Of a DNA stretch of 64,000 nt, positions 42,151 to 57,067 are shown one piece after another. The notes under the pieces were generated by a model that saw nothing but the letters and a program-made list of their open reading frames with translations, ran no database searches and was not told where the DNA came from. The position numbers and the translations under genes are program-made. Origin of the DNA: Octopus vulgaris (taxonomy: Eukaryota); NCBI GenBank assembly GCA_951406725.2, contig OX597824.1:28396001-28460000 (forward strand). The letters are read 5' to 3'. Numbering within the stretch: position 1 is the stretch's first letter; each line of letters opens with the position of its first letter.

Positions 42151-42270
42151 ATCTTGGACAAGTGTCTTCTGCTATAACCCCGGGTTGACCAATGCCTTTT
42201 GAGTGGATTTGGTAGACGGAAACTGAAAGAAGCCCGTCGTATATATGTATATATATATAAATATATATAA

Positions 42271-42339
<69 letters not shown>

Positions 42340-42561
42340 TGTGTGTGTGTTTGTCCCCCTAGCATTGCTTGACAACCGATGGTGGTGTGTTTATGTCTCC
42401 CTTACTTAGCGGTTCGGCAAAAGAGACCGATAGAATAAGTACTGGGCTTACAAAAATAATAAGTCCCGGGGTCGAATTGCTCGATTAAAGGCGGTGCTCC
42501 AGCATGGCCGCAGTCAAATGACTGAAACAAATAAAAGAGTATAAAAAAAAGAGTAAAAGAG
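42151..42561 (+). mobile_element. SINE group A, 5'-truncated
   Basis: Matches 36150-36522. Confidence 0.85.
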
Positions 42562-42594
42562 TGCATATATACATACATACATACATACATACAT

Positions 42595-42633
<39 letters not shown>

Positions 42634-42635
42634 GG

Positions 42636-42703
<68 letters not shown>

Positions 42704-43148
42704 GAAAACTGCCTGAGAAATAGCTACATCCATTCCAGATACATAAGATTGGAAAATATTTACAAAGAGAGAAAGACTTCTGAGAGTCTCCCCATATTTG
42801 GGGAGCAATAAGTGTCTCATGATGAAAAGCCTATGAATGTGGTCATAATAAGATAAGCTAAATGAAAAGGAGACAGAGAATATGTTTGGAATTAGGTAAA
42901 AGAATGAGAGTCGTTATAATAAAAGCCTGGAATTAGAGATGTGTGTGTGTGTGTGATGCACATATAACATCCCGGTTATTAACCAGGCCAGATTTATTTT
43001 AAAAGGTTCGTTGTGGGAGGCAGGGGAGACAATTAAGCATGCTCTGCTTCAGACGAAGAATTGGAAGAGTTATCAGTAAAATAGCAACAGAAAGACGCAA
43101 ACAGATTCATGCATTCACACAAACAAACGTACACATAGATACGTACAG

Positions 43149-43200
<52 letters not shown>

Positions 43201-43580
43201 CCGCACACGCACACACTTAGACATACCAAAACACAGAAACACAGTGGGACGGATATCGGGTCAGACAGTCATTCACACATGCAAAGTCACACACGCACAG
43301 ACACACACACAGTCACACAAATACACAAACACATACACACAGAAACACACGCGCTGACAGGAATACACACGCACCGCAAACACACGCATACACAGCGAAA
43401 GTGATAAAGACACATTCACATAAACACACACGAGCATAATCACACTGATCTACACCCAACCAAAGTATTATTTCGCTAACATTATGTGTGTGTATGTGTG
43501 TGTGTGTGCGAGTGTGTGTATGTGTGTGTGTGTGCGAGTGTGTGTATGTGTGTATACTTGTATGTATGTATGTATGTATG

Positions 43581-43630
<50 letters not shown>

Positions 43631-43632
<2 letters not shown>

Positions 43633-43817
43633 CGTAGGAGTGGCTTTGTGATAAGAAGCTTGCTTACCAACCACATGGATCTGTGTTCAGTCCCACTGCG
43701 TGGCATCTTGGACAAGTGTCGTCTACTATAGCCTCGGGTCGACCAAAGCCTTTTGAGTGGATTTGATAAACGGAAACTGAAAGAAGCCCGTCGTATATAT
43801 ATATATATACATATATA

Positions 43818-43848
<31 letters not shown>

Positions 43849-44120
43849 GTGTTTGTGTATGTATTTATATATATGTATGTATGTATATGTTTATGTGTCT
43901 GTGTTTTTCCTCCCCACCAAACATCGTTTGACAACCGATGCTGGTGTTTTTACGTCCCCGTAACTTAGCAGTTCGGCAAGACAGACCGATAGACGAAGTA
44001 CTAGGCTTTCAAAGAATGAGTCCTGGGGTCGATTTGCTCGACTAAAGGTGGCGCCCCAGCATGGCTGCAGTCAAGTGAGTGAGTGAAACAAATAAAAGAT
44101 AACAGTAAAAGAATATAAGA
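43631..44120 (+). mobile_element. SINE group A, full length
   Basis: Head, internal microsatellite and tail as 36076. Confidence 0.85.
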
Positions 44121-44613
44121 ATATATATATATATATATGTGCGCGCGTGTGTGTGTGTGTGTCTGTGTGTGTGTGTGTCTGTGTATGTGTGTGCGTACGC
44201 AATATGCAGATACGCCGTAGACACATATAGGAACAGACACACAGACAAATACACACGGAAGTAATCAACCAAATTCTTATCCGCTGGTGCACACACGCAC
44301 ACACAGGCATAAACGCACACACGATACTAGAATGCATACTTAAACTGCAGAGCAATCTGTTTAATGCATATAGAATAGTTTGTTTTTCGTTTTTTAAAAA
44401 TAAAAATAAAACAACACCAATAAAAGCAGCACAAATAAACAACATCATCATCATCATCATCATCATCAACAACAACAACAACAACAGCAACAACAAAAAC
44501 AGCGGCAGCAGTAGTAAGAACAACAACATAGTGAAGGAGAGCAATGTTGCGGAGGACGTAGTGCCGTGATGATGATGTTAAAGCCAGTTGCGCTATCATT
44601 TCATATCGCCCAC

Positions 44614-44644
<31 letters not shown>

Positions 44645-44760
44645 ACGCACACATACACACATGCACATGCGCACACGCACATACACAATGGACCAAAGCA
44701 CACCCACACTTAAGCAGACATTTATCCACTTGCATATTTGCATTTATATACATACCCACT

Positions 44761-45128
44761 GGAGGCGCAATGGCCCAGTGATAGGGCAGCAGACTCGCGG
44801 TCGTAGGATCGCGGTTTCGTGAGTGTTTGTGAGTGTTTATTGAGCGAAAACACCTAAAGCTCCTCGAGGCTCCGGCAGGGATGGTGGTGATCCCTGCTGT
44901 ACTCTTTCACCACAACTTTCTCTCACTTTTACTTCCTGTTTCTGTTGCACCTGTATTTCAAAGAGCCGGCCTTGTCACTCTCTGTGTCACGCTGAATATC
45001 CCCGAGAACTACGTTAAGGGTACACGTGTCTGTGGAGTGCTCAGCCACTTACACGTTAATTTCACGAGCAGGCTGTTCCGTTGATCGGATCAACCGGAAC
45101 CCTCATCGTCGTAACAGACGGAGTGCTT
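44761..45128 (+). mobile_element. SINE group B (head 1 + tail 1)
   Basis: Matches 18778-19137. Confidence 0.85.
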
Positions 45129-45334
45129 CCACCACATACCCACTAAATATATATCATCAGCTCTACAATACTTACATATATACGTCTGTGCGAGTGAATG
45201 TGTGCCTGAATGAATATGCGTGCGTGTGTGTGTGTTTGTGTTTGTGTGTACGTATGGATATATATGTATGTGTGTATGTACAGATATATACTCATACACA
45301 CACACACACACAGACACATATATATATATATGTT

Positions 45335-45379
<45 letters not shown>

Positions 45380-45809
45380 ATATATATCTTTCTTTTTCTT
45401 TTTGTTTCAGTCATTTGACCGCGGCCATTCTGGAGCACCGCCTTTAGTCGAGCAAATCGACCCCGGGACTTATTCTTTGTAAGCCTAGTACTTATTCTAT
45501 CAGACTCTTGTGCCGAACCGCTATATATATATATATTATTCAAAGAAATTCCAACTCTGTTTTTTATGTTTTATTTATATTCTTTATAATATTAATGTAG
45601 AATATAGAATATAGAGTATAAATAATATATATAGTAAAATGAAATGAAGCATCAATTGTCTTATTGAATAGATGAAATATTGAATATCAAATATTAAGGG
45701 ACGAGTATACTTTCTTGCATTAAAGCAGTCTTCAAGATACCAGGTCGTGACCAGAGTGTTGTAACAGATATATATATACATATATATAAGAGTAAAAGAG
45801 TATACATAC

Positions 45810-45873
<64 letters not shown>

Positions 45874-45883
45874 CTGTATGTAT

Positions 45884-46096
45884 ACTCTTTTACTCTTTTA
45901 CTTGTTTCAATCATTTGAATGTGGGCATGCTGGAGCACCACCTTTAGTCGAGCAAATCGACTTATTCTTTGCAAGCCTAGTACTTATTCTAGCGGGCTCT
46001 TTTGCCGAGCCGCTAAGTTACAGGGACGTAAACACACCAGCATCGATTGTCAAGCGATGTTGTGGGGTCAAATACACACACACACACACGCACACG

Positions 46097-46135
<39 letters not shown>

Positions 46136-46334
46136 ACGCACACACACACACATATATATATATATATACACACATATATATTACGGGCTTCTTTCAGTTT
46201 CCGTCTACCAAATCACAAGGCTTTGATCATCCCGAGGCTATAGTAGAAGACACTTGCCTAAGGTGTCTCGCAGTGGGACTGAACCTGGAAACATGTGGTT
46301 GGTAAGCAAGCTCCTTACCACACAGCCACTCCTA
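45884..46334 (-). mobile_element. SINE group A
   Basis: Reverse complement of 36076-36522. Confidence 0.85.
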
Positions 46335-46757
<423 letters not shown>

Positions 46758-46810
46758 TATATCTATATATCTATATATATATATATATATATACATATGT
46801 GTGTGTGTGT

Positions 46811-47103
46811 GGAGGCGCAATGGCCTAGTGGTTAGGGCAGCGGACTCGGGGTCGTAGGATCGCGGTTTCGATTCCCAGACCGGGCGTTGTGAGTGTTTAC
46901 TGAGCGAAAACACCTAAAAGCTCCACGAGACTCCGGCAGAGGGTAGTGATCCCTGCTGTACTCTTTCACCACTCTTTCGTCTGTTGGCCTGCTCGCTTAG
47001 CCAGCGGGTTGGCGTCATTCGAAGGCTAAAACAATGCGAACGCATTGTGACCAGCAATGTGTAACAACATCTGATAGTCTGGTCGGTCACGTGATCACGT
47101 GAT
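46811..47103 (+). mobile_element. SINE group B (head 1 + tail 2)
   Basis: Matches 23546-23833. Confidence 0.85.
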
Positions 47104-47984
47104 ATATATGTATATATATATATATATTACATGAACTGGACTGAACTGAAATATATTATGCAATATATATAGATAGATAGACCAATGCATACCGACAGAT
47201 TGATAGAATACAATGGGTATAGAATAGAATATATAGAAAGATGGATAGATAGACAGATAGACATGGAGACACACAGAATGAGAGATCTACGGCTACATAT
47301 AAATGTGAACATAAACACTCACACTCACATTCACACACACACATTCACACACGTCTGTGTAATCTGTGTAAGTGTTGGAAAATGTATATCAAGGTAGGTA
47401 TTCATATTTGTGTATATGTATGCAAGTGGGTGTGTATGTCTATACATGAGCATGTATATAAATGTATATATGTGTGCGTGTCTGAGTGTGTATGTGTGTT
47501 TATCTGTGTGAATGTGCGCCAGTGTGTGTTTGTGTGCAAACAACGTGTGGTCACGGCTGAAATAGCTTTGATTATAAAATTCACTTATGGATGACTTGGA
47601 ACTAAACATCCTTGGAAACTTGAACACATATAGACGCACTCACACACACTTTCACACACACACAAACCTTCACATACGCACAGACCTTCACACTTATATG
47701 TGCATATGTGTGTGTATGTGCTTATTAATATATACGCATATATATATATACACACACGCACACTCATATATATGTATATCTACTTATAAGCACTCACTAA
47801 GGCATGCATATACACTCTCTACTACACTACAAGTAAACATAGTCGTGAATAATTAGTTGGTGGGAGGCTAAAAACAAAATTAACAACAAAAGTAAGTTAA
47901 TGAATTTATCACTGTCATAAGAGTGAGAAAGAGGTTTAGAGAAACAATGGATGCCAGTATGCGGTTATATGTATATATATATGA

Positions 47985-48182
<198 letters not shown>

Positions 48183-48190
48183 ATATATAC

Positions 48191-48227
<37 letters not shown>

Positions 48228-48255
48228 CACACACATATATATATATATATATATG

Positions 48256-48303
<48 letters not shown>

Positions 48304-48582
48304 CATCAATAGTGGTTATGTATATATACAAAGATGTTCACTTGAAATTTTTACTGCAAAAACTCACACGGAGATACTATTTCACTGGCGGGTTGTAGTG
48401 GGTATGTGGGGGGTTGAGGTGGCGGGGTCGCTTTTACATAGTAAATGCACTTATAATTGATGTCTCACTGTTGAAGATGCGAAGAAAAACAAGGAAATGA
48501 AGAGCGATACTGTTCATAAGACATCACGGTTTCAGCCATGTTCTTTTTTTTTTTTTTGCATAACCTCCATTTTGTTTGGGTT

Positions 48583-48627
<45 letters not shown>

Positions 48628-48659
48628 TATATACATACATATACATATATATATACATA

Positions 48660-48709
<50 letters not shown>

Positions 48710-48779
48710 CATATATATATATATACATATATATTTATATATATATATATATATATACATACATATATATATATACATA

Positions 48780-48825
<46 letters not shown>

Positions 48826-48832
48826 TACATAT

Positions 48833-48875
<43 letters not shown>

Positions 48876-48904
48876 TATACATATACATATATACATATAT
48901 ATAC

Positions 48905-49160
<256 letters not shown>

Positions 49161-50037
49161 TACATTTTTATGCCACTTTTTCTCTCCATTCTCCGTAATT
49201 TTGCTTCTCATATAGATGGGCAATTATTTTATTTTTAAATATATTTATATTCTTATTATTTTCATGTTTTACTTCTCTTTGCAATCTGTTTTTTTTTTTT
49301 GTTATTCGTTTTCTTCTTTGTAAATTTATTTATCGCTCTTAGCTACGGCGAAACAAATTGATATGAATGAATAACTGTACATACGCAAACAGTAAAACAC
49401 ACAACACACACACACACAGACACACACGTACACACACATTACGCAGAGACATATACGCGTGTGTATACATGCACACACACCGATAAAACTCTACATGTGC
49501 ACAAATACTTGTTATATACAAGTCTACTTACACGAAAACATATACACACACCCTTACACACACACACACACATGGATACATGAAGATACTAGCAGAAGCA
49601 ATACAAACATGGGATAATGCATTTCACATACACGTACACATACTCGGATGCACATACACACAGACAGACTCGCATGTACACACTTGCGTACACACGGACA
49701 CGGACATACACACATACACACGCGCACACATGCAAAACCTATTCACACGGACATATTATAGGTGAAAAAGCGTTTGTGTCATTGTGTGCATGATCCTTTG
49801 GTTGCGTAATCTTTTATTCTTTTATTCTTTTATTTGTGTATGTCATTTGACTGCAGCCATGCTGGAGCACCGACTTTAGTCGAACAAATCGACCCAACTA
49901 CTTATTCTTTATAAACCTAGAAATTATTCTATCGGTCTCTTTTGCCAAACCGCTATACATATATATATATATATAAATAATAAAAACTTACCTGGAGAAA
50001 TAAGAAAGTGACGCGAGGCGTTCAATCATATAATAAC

Positions 50038-50534
50038 AATTTAACAAATAAAACATATGCATACATACATACATATATGTACATACCTACATCTATATGT
50101 ATATATACATGCATATATATATAAGAGTACAGGACACCACAAATAAACGTAGAACACAACGAGAAACGAAAACATAAAAACAAACAAGGAAACGGACTTT
50201 TTTTTTAACAACGAAAAAACAGAGTATAAAACAAAACAATACAAGGAATATTCCCCTTCATCAGCTGCCTCTGGTTCGACTCAATGCGTGTTTCGAAGGT
50301 AAGGGCAGAACACGATCCAGCCGAAGCAATCCTTCCTGCAAAATGAATTAAATACAATTCTTTTGCAGAGGGGTAAAAAAAAGTGACAAGAACAGGACGT
50401 AAAAGCAGTACAAATAAATAAAAATACAGTACACATAAAGAATAAAAACAGGACAAGAAAAAATCCGTTTCCTTGTTTGTTTTTATGTTTTCGTTTCTCG
50501 TTGTGTTCTACGTTTATTTGTGGTGTCCTGTACT

Positions 50535-50582
<48 letters not shown>

Positions 50583-50651
50583 TGTATATATAAATATAGA
50601 TATAGGTATGTACATATATGTATGTATCTATTCATATGTTTTATTTGTTAA

Positions 50652-50655
<4 letters not shown>
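50038..50655 (-). mobile_element. Foldback copy of the 24285-24700 repeat
   Basis: 50038-50203 is the reverse complement of 50458-50655 (apart from TA-tract length). Confidence 0.8.
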
Positions 50656-50697
<42 letters not shown>

Positions 50698-50703
<6 letters not shown>

Positions 50704-50912
50704 TGTGACCGTGTGTGTACCGTTGGCGATTTTATTTCCTCCGTCTTCCCTTCTTTGGATCTTTCCTTTACCTAAGTTTCTGACGAAGAGCTCCGCTCTA
50801 AACGTTAAACCCCCCTTCTTTCATTCTTTCCTGAGCGTCCAATAACACTATACTTGTGCCGAGTCCTCGCGTTGTTGTGTTTTCTCTTTGTGTTTTCATG
50901 TTTGGATTAACT
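50698..50912 (+). mobile_element. About 210-bp hammerhead-bearing repeat between (TA)n tracts
   Basis: 50776-50810 GTTT-CTGACGA-A-GAGC-TCC-GCTC-TAAA-CG-TT-AAAC. Confidence 0.75.
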
Positions 50913-50927
50913 ATATATATGTACATA

Positions 50928-51141
50928 TACGAGGGATGATGACAAGTTCCTTGCTTTGAGTAAATAAATATAGGACGATCAGTTATGATTTCATTCAACA
51001 CATTGCCCTCTCAGATTTACAAACGTACTGCAGCGGCCCTCCAGTTTTTGTAAGCCCTTTAAAAGACCTCGGACTGTTGGGCCTGCAACCAAATCTTTCG
51101 AGACACCCTTAAAGCCAGGAACTTTTCAGTGCCCACTCGTA
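50928..51141. mobile_element. Mariner-derived MITE
   Basis: TA-CGAGGGATGATGACAAGTTCC / GGAACTTTTCAGTGCCCACTCG-TA imperfect TIRs with TA duplication. Confidence 0.7.
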
Positions 51142-51221
51142 TATGCGTACTTATATATGTATTTATATATACATAAATACATACATACATGCATAAATAC
51201 AAGCACACACAGACATGTATA

Positions 51222-51388
51222 GGCGCAGGTGTGGTAAGTAGCTTGCTTGCCCACCACATTGCTCCGGGTTCAGTCACACTGTGTGGCATCTTGCGCAAGT
51301 GTCTTCTACTATATCCTCGAGCCGACCAAAGCCTTTTGAGTGGATTTGGTGCAGGAAACTGAAAGAAGCCTGTCGCATTTATAACTGT

Positions 51389-51426
<38 letters not shown>

Positions 51427-51607
51427 CTACTTGTGAGTCTGTGTTTCTCCCCACGCCACCATCGCTTGACAACCGATGTTGGTGTGTTTACGACCCCGTA
51501 AGCTAGCGGTTAGGCAAAAGTATTAGGCTTGCAAAGAATAATTCCTGGGCTCGATCTGTTCAACGAAAGGCGATGTCCAGCAGGGCCGCAGTAAAATGAC
51601 TGAACCA
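51222..51607 (+). mobile_element. SINE group A
   Basis: Degenerate match to 36076-36522. Confidence 0.8.
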
Positions 51608-51611
51608 AATT

Positions 51612-51968
51612 CATTTCTACTCTAGACACAAGGCTCGAAATTTTGGGGGAGGAGCCAGTTGATTAGATCGACCTCAGTACGCAACTGGCACTTAATTTAT
51701 CAACCCCGAAAGGATAAAAGGTAAAGTCGACCTCGGCGGTATTTGAAATCAGAATATAAAAACAGACGAAATACCTATTTCTTTACTACCCACAAGGGGC
51801 TAAACACGGAGGGAACAAACAAGGACAGAGAAACGGATTAAGTCGATTATATCGACCCCAGTGCGTAACTGGTACTTAATTTATCGACCCCCAAAAGATG
51901 AAAAGCAAAGTCGACCTCGGCGGAATTTGAACTCAGAACTTAACGGCAGACGAAATACCGCTAAGCAG
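51612..51968 (-). mobile_element. SINE group C dimer
   Basis: Two tandem cores; junction matches the one at 14511-14549. Confidence 0.8.
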
Positions 51969-52629
51969 TCCGCATGTGTGTATGTTTGGGTGTGTATGTG
52001 TGTGACTACAGGATCAAACTATTTATCAACCACTTTCAATTTCAGGAACGACGAATGGACGTGTCGCTTTTATTTCGTCTACTTCTCGGTTTTCTTGTAT
52101 ATTGCGAGATGTACTAAAGCCTTCATCGAACAAGTTAATGCTTTTCGTAAAATAATTCCCAATGACTATTCGCCCAACAGATACATTAAGCAAATTGTCT
52201 CAATTATGCACAATCATATACACACCCATCCGATCCAGTACACATATACAGGCGTGTACATACACCGGTGTATATACAAAACTACGTATACATACTGACA
52301 CACAGAGGCGCGCGCATATATAGATGGATATATATAAATATATTCTTTTAATCTTTTTTCTTTTATTTGCAAATCGACCCCAAGATTTATTCTTTGTAAT
52401 ATATATATATATGTGTGCGTGTGTGTTTGTGTGTCTGTGTTTGTCCCCCTAGCATTGCTTGACAACCGATGCTGGTGTGCTTACGTCCCCGTTACTTAGC
52501 GGTTCGGCCAAAGAGACCGATAGAATAAGTACTGGGCTTACAAAAGAATAAGCCCCGGGGTCGAGTTGCTCGATTAAAGGCGGTGCTCCAGCATGGCCGC
52601 AGTCAAATGACTGAAACAAGTAAAAGAGT

Positions 52630-52686
<57 letters not shown>

Positions 52687-53242
52687 TTGTGTGTGTCTTT
52701 CAGTTCCCGTCTACCTAATCTACTCACAAGGCTTGGGTCTGCTCAAGTTTATAATAGAAAACACTCTCTGAAGTTGCCACGAAATGTCAGTCAACTCGAC
52801 CTATGTTGTCTAGAATCAAGCTTCTTACTACTAAGTCATGAATGCGCATATATAAAAGAAATTGTACGGTGTTGTACTTGTTCTATCGCTTTTTCTATCT
52901 AACCGGTAGATAACATTGACTTAAACACTCCAACACGGCTTGTCGAGCGGTGGTGCAGTGGAAGTACAAACTCAAAAACACGCATGATTATAATATATAT
53001 ATATATTTCTATATATATAAGGCGGCGAGCTGCTGGCACAATCGTTAGCATGCTGGGCGAAGTGCTGACCATTATTTCGTCTGCCTTTACGTTCTGATTA
53101 CAAATTCCTCCAAGGTCGATCTCATTTGCATCCTTTCGAGGTCGATAAGTTAATTACCAGTTGCGCACTGGGATCGATCTAAATTATTTCGCCCCATCCC
53201 CAAAATTTCTGGCCTTGTACCTAGAGTAGAAAAGTATATATA

Positions 53243-53848
53243 TATACATAAATATTAGAGAGTGAACACTATGTGGTTCACTCTAGTGCTAAAATTAGCT
53301 CCGCTAATGGTATAGCCACTAAAAGTTGTTTCCAAGAAGAATATTTTTCACCCTCATTTATAAATTTAATTATACTGCTGTAAATATTTTATGCTGTAAA
53401 TATTTTATTTCCAGTAAGTCTTATCGCTCTTTTGGCGGGGAAATTTGAATCATAACTACGAATACAATTGATTGAACCGCACGTGTATTTGACGCTCGCT
53501 GCGACTTAATATATTGTATTTAAGACAAACATCTGCTGAAGATTTATAGATGTTATGTAGGTAAAATTGCATATTAAATTAATAATGAAACAATTGTTCA
53601 GGGTTAATCTTCTTTTTCGTTGTGTTTCACTTACCGTACGTTAAATGTAGTGGTATTTCTTCTTGGAAACAACTTTTAGTGGCTATACCATTAGCGGAGC
53701 TATTTTTAGCACTAGAGTAAACCACATAGTGGTCACTCTCTAATATTTATGTATAAATTTGTATTTTTCCCTTGATTTTTATGTGCTAAGCCACTTGGTG
53801 TTAAATTGATTGTATTATTAAATTAATATCAAATTTTTCACCCTCATT

Positions 53849-53856
<8 letters not shown>
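53243..53856 (+). mobile_element. Penelope-like remnant with inverted plus direct terminal repeats and a hammerhead
   Basis: IR 53243-53341/53657-53755; direct repeat ATTTTTCACCCTCATTTATAAAT at about 53343 and 53833; HHR at 53533-53601. Confidence 0.75.
53533..53601 (+). ncRNA. Minimal hammerhead ribozyme motif
   Basis: CTG-CTGAAGA-(AU-rich stem II)-GAAA-CAATTG-TT-CAG: stem I CTG/CAG, palindromic stem III. Confidence 0.6.
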
Positions 53857-53885
<29 letters not shown>

Positions 53886-53896
53886 TTATATATATG

Positions 53897-53927
<31 letters not shown>

Positions 53928-54029
53928 GAATACTTACTTGAAAGAGGATGCGTGGCGTTCAATCATATAATAATATAAATAATTTATTTATATATATATA
54001 CACGTACGCATATATACATATACGTGTAT

Positions 54030-54480
54030 GTATATATGCATATGTGTCGGCAGGACGTCATGAGATGTGTACAACAAAAAGTACGAAGCACGAGTACATG
54101 GAACATGAACTATTCTTTTGAACAACATAAGACACAAATGGTAGACAAAGCTAACAACATAAAGATCGACCCTTTGTCAGTTGTTGGATGTTTTCCAGTC
54201 TCGTATTTGAAGGATTTAACAACAATATACGCTTTCGATAAAACAGTTGCTCCCCCATATCAAATTAAATAAAATTTGGGATTTTGCGGAGGGTCAAAAT
54301 AAGTAACACAAACAGAACAGTGAAAACAAACAAGAAAGGCTGCTAAGCCTAAACGAAGTTGTGGTGGCGAACGCCTCAATCAATCTAGGACAGGAGACAA
54401 ACAAGAACACGTCTTCTCGTGCTAGGTACTTTTTGTTGTACACATCTCATGACGTCCTATGCCCACATAATATGCATATA
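54030..54480 (-). mobile_element. Foldback repeat related to 34650-35040
   Basis: IR 54035-54094/54416-54478; GACCCTT.RTCAGTTGT.GG motif shared with 34755-34775. Confidence 0.65.
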
Positions 54481-54494
54481 TATGTGGGCATAGA

Positions 54495-54636
54495 GAAAAT
54501 CAACCCCGGAGCTTATTCTTTGTAAGCCCAGTACTTACTCTATCGGTCTATTTTGCCGAACCGCTAAGTGACGGGGACGTAAACACATCAGCATCGGTTG
54601 TCAGGCAATGCTAGGGGTACAAACACAGACACACAA

Positions 54637-54683
<47 letters not shown>

Positions 54684-54826
54684 TACGACAGGCTTCTTTC
54701 AGTTTCCGTCTACCAAATCCACTCACAAGGCATTGGTTGGCCCGGGGCTATAGCAGAAGACACTTGCCCAAGATGCCACACAGTGGGACTGAACCCGGAA
54801 CCATGTGGTTGGTTAGCAAGCTACTT
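54495..54826 (-). mobile_element. SINE group A body, interrupted in its tRNA head (remainder at 57068-57103)
   Basis: Consensus ...GGTTAGCAAGCTACTT|ACCACACAGCCACTCCTG is split by a 2.24-kb insert. Confidence 0.9.
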
Positions 54827-57067
54827 TATTTCAAAACATTTGCCATAAAGGCAGTACACAGATTAAGTTAGCTTTGCGGGCTGGACGAGGACATTAATGA
54901 GGTGAATGATAATGAAAGAAAGATGATAAGGATGGGAGAAGACAGAAAGCGCCCGCCGACTTTTGCTTCTCTAAAACATTGTTCTTTTTTAAAAAGATAA
55001 ACACAAAACGAGGTATTAAACCTCTTACAATTTTTCCAATTTTTGGGCTTAACAGTCCATTATTAATACAACACGAGGTATTAATCCTCTTACAATTTTT
55101 CGATTTGGGGACTTAAGTCCATTACTAATAATACATATCGTCCTCGAAATAGCTTGTGCCCGCGCCCTCCACCATCAACCACGCCTCCCTCAGAACGTAG
55201 TCAAGTTCCGAGTTCGCGTCGCCCGGGACCAAGTTATAATCTTCACTGAGCTCCTTTAGCCCTAGCGTCACGTCGAACGCCACGGCCTCCACAGCTACCT
55301 GCGGAGGCCATTCGGGGTCCTGTGTGAAGGCTAAAGGTGCTCCCTTGTAGTGCTCTTCCATCACTTTTTCAATTTCTCCTCCTCTATAGAAGAGGACCAA
55401 TACATTTTTCGTTGGCGGCACAGTTTCCGCCAACGGTATTCCTTCTCTTGTCGGTGGCACAACCCCAACCGACGTAGTTCCGCGACATTCCGGTGCTACA
55501 CTGACAGCCGGTAATGTCCCGTTTTTCTTCCTCTTTTTCTTTTTTTTTCCCTTTTCAACTGAAGGACGGTGCGTCTCCTCCGTGGCTGGAAGATTTGCCT
55601 TCCTCTCCTCATCCCTATTATCCTTTGGTGAGCACCCATTGTTGCTCACCTTCCTCTTTCGGCCTCTGTTTGAGGAGTCCTCTGCTTTCTCGGCCGTTAT
55701 CGTCCCCTCTTCTAGAGGGGTTTTACTTAACTGTTCCGGGATCCTATTTTGTTCCCGAGGACAGTTCTTCTTTATGTGGCCGGACTCCAAGCACCGATGA
55801 CACTTGGGGGGCGACCCTCAAGCATCACCGGGTACCTGCACCCGGCCATTTTCAAAAAATCTGGAAGAACCAGATTGGCTGATTGGGTCCACAGCGTCAA
55901 AATTGCTTTCGACCCAACCCAAGCAGCCGCAGGAAGAACTTTTACATTGAGGAGCTTAGTTTCGCTGTCACCCAGACCCCGGCGGATAGTCTCCTCTATC
56001 CACTCGGGTTCTATGTCGGGTGGCAGTCCGCAGATCCAAGCTTTCATCAATTTCTTTTTATTGTACGTGGGCAGGAATAAGATTTCCTTACCCTCCAAGG
56101 GTTTGCTAGCAAATTTGCAAGCCTCTTCAGGGGTGTCAAATAGCAACCACACCGTTGCATATTTGACACCCCTGGAAATGAATTTAATTGTTGGCAAATA
56201 CTCTTCCAACTCCTCCTCAATTGGCGTCTTTTCGAATAGGGCGATGGTGTCAAGTGCCTTGGAGTAGGTTCTCAACACCACCGTCCTATCTTCACGGTCT
56301 TTTAACCACTTTTTGGGTGGTATGATTTCCCACTCCAAAATTTTGTTATTTTTCATTGCCATGTTTTTTTTAAAAAATATATTCAAATTAAACTCAAAAG
56401 CAGGAAGAAAAAAGTTCAAAAGTCTAAATAAAATTTGATAGATTTTTGGAAAAACAAAAAGGAGAAAGCACAACAGAAGGGAAGAAATTAACGGAAAGTC
56501 GCAATAAGGAAAAAACAAAAGGGGGGGGGGGTTAAATGAAGTTCAAAAGAAAGTTAATAAACAGAAAAAACACAGCAAAAATATTCTGGCCTTGCGGTAC
56601 TCCCGGCCTGGGTTGAACCTGGAACGCCGCAACTGCAACACAACCTCCACAAAAATGGGTCCGAAAGGTAATCCAATAGTGGCTTATTTTTATACTTTTC
56701 TTGCAAAGTACTCTTACAAGGGAATAAATTCAGCAAACTCAAACACAGCACTGGCTACTGCCAACGGTAATTTTAACAGTAACTGTATTGAATTCTGAGT
56801 ATACGCCCCTCCACTGTTTTTTCTTTTTTTTTTTTTTTCAATGAACACAAAAACGGCAGCCGCCTAGCGCAGGCGAAATTGTCTCAGAGTTGGACACAAC
56901 CTACTGAAATAATAATTGGCACGCAATAAATTATGCCCAACTCACAATAAACAAAATCACTTACCTCGACAACTTTCCGTTTTTGGTCTTTTTTCTTTAG
57001 TTGGACAGAGCTTGTTACTCACGTCCACTCTAGCTCAACAGGAAGCAACCGACTAACTGCGCATGTG
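54827..57067 (-). mobile_element. ORF1-only non-LTR retroelement (half-LINE / HAL1-like), apparently full length
   Basis: 17-bp TSD TGGTTAGCAAGCTACTT at 54810-54826 and 57068-57084; about 700-bp 5' UTR; single Gag/ORF1-like frame; 300-bp 3' UTR ending in AATAAA; no EN/RT sequence. Confidence 0.8.
55125..56362 (-). CDS. LINE ORF1/Gag-like protein (about 412 aa; RRM-like region + CCHC zinc knuckle + basic low-complexity tail), one frameshift
   Basis: ORFs 55772-56518 and 55125-55790 join if the G6 run at 55806-55811 were G7, giving EGRPPK-CHRCLESGHIKKNC (CX2CX4HX4C); upstream ...AWICGLPPDI...LPDFLKMAG..YPVMLEGRPP resembles Tx1/L1-type ORF1. Confidence 0.75.

Noticed and set aside
46811-46885. 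Possible tRNA gene (also 18778, 23546, 36076, 44761)
   Set aside because: A/B boxes are present, but the acceptor stem does not close and each continues into a shared SINE body.
55749-56267. 172-aa plus-strand ORF antisense to ORF1
   Set aside because: Shadow frame of the minus-strand coding region with no independent signal.
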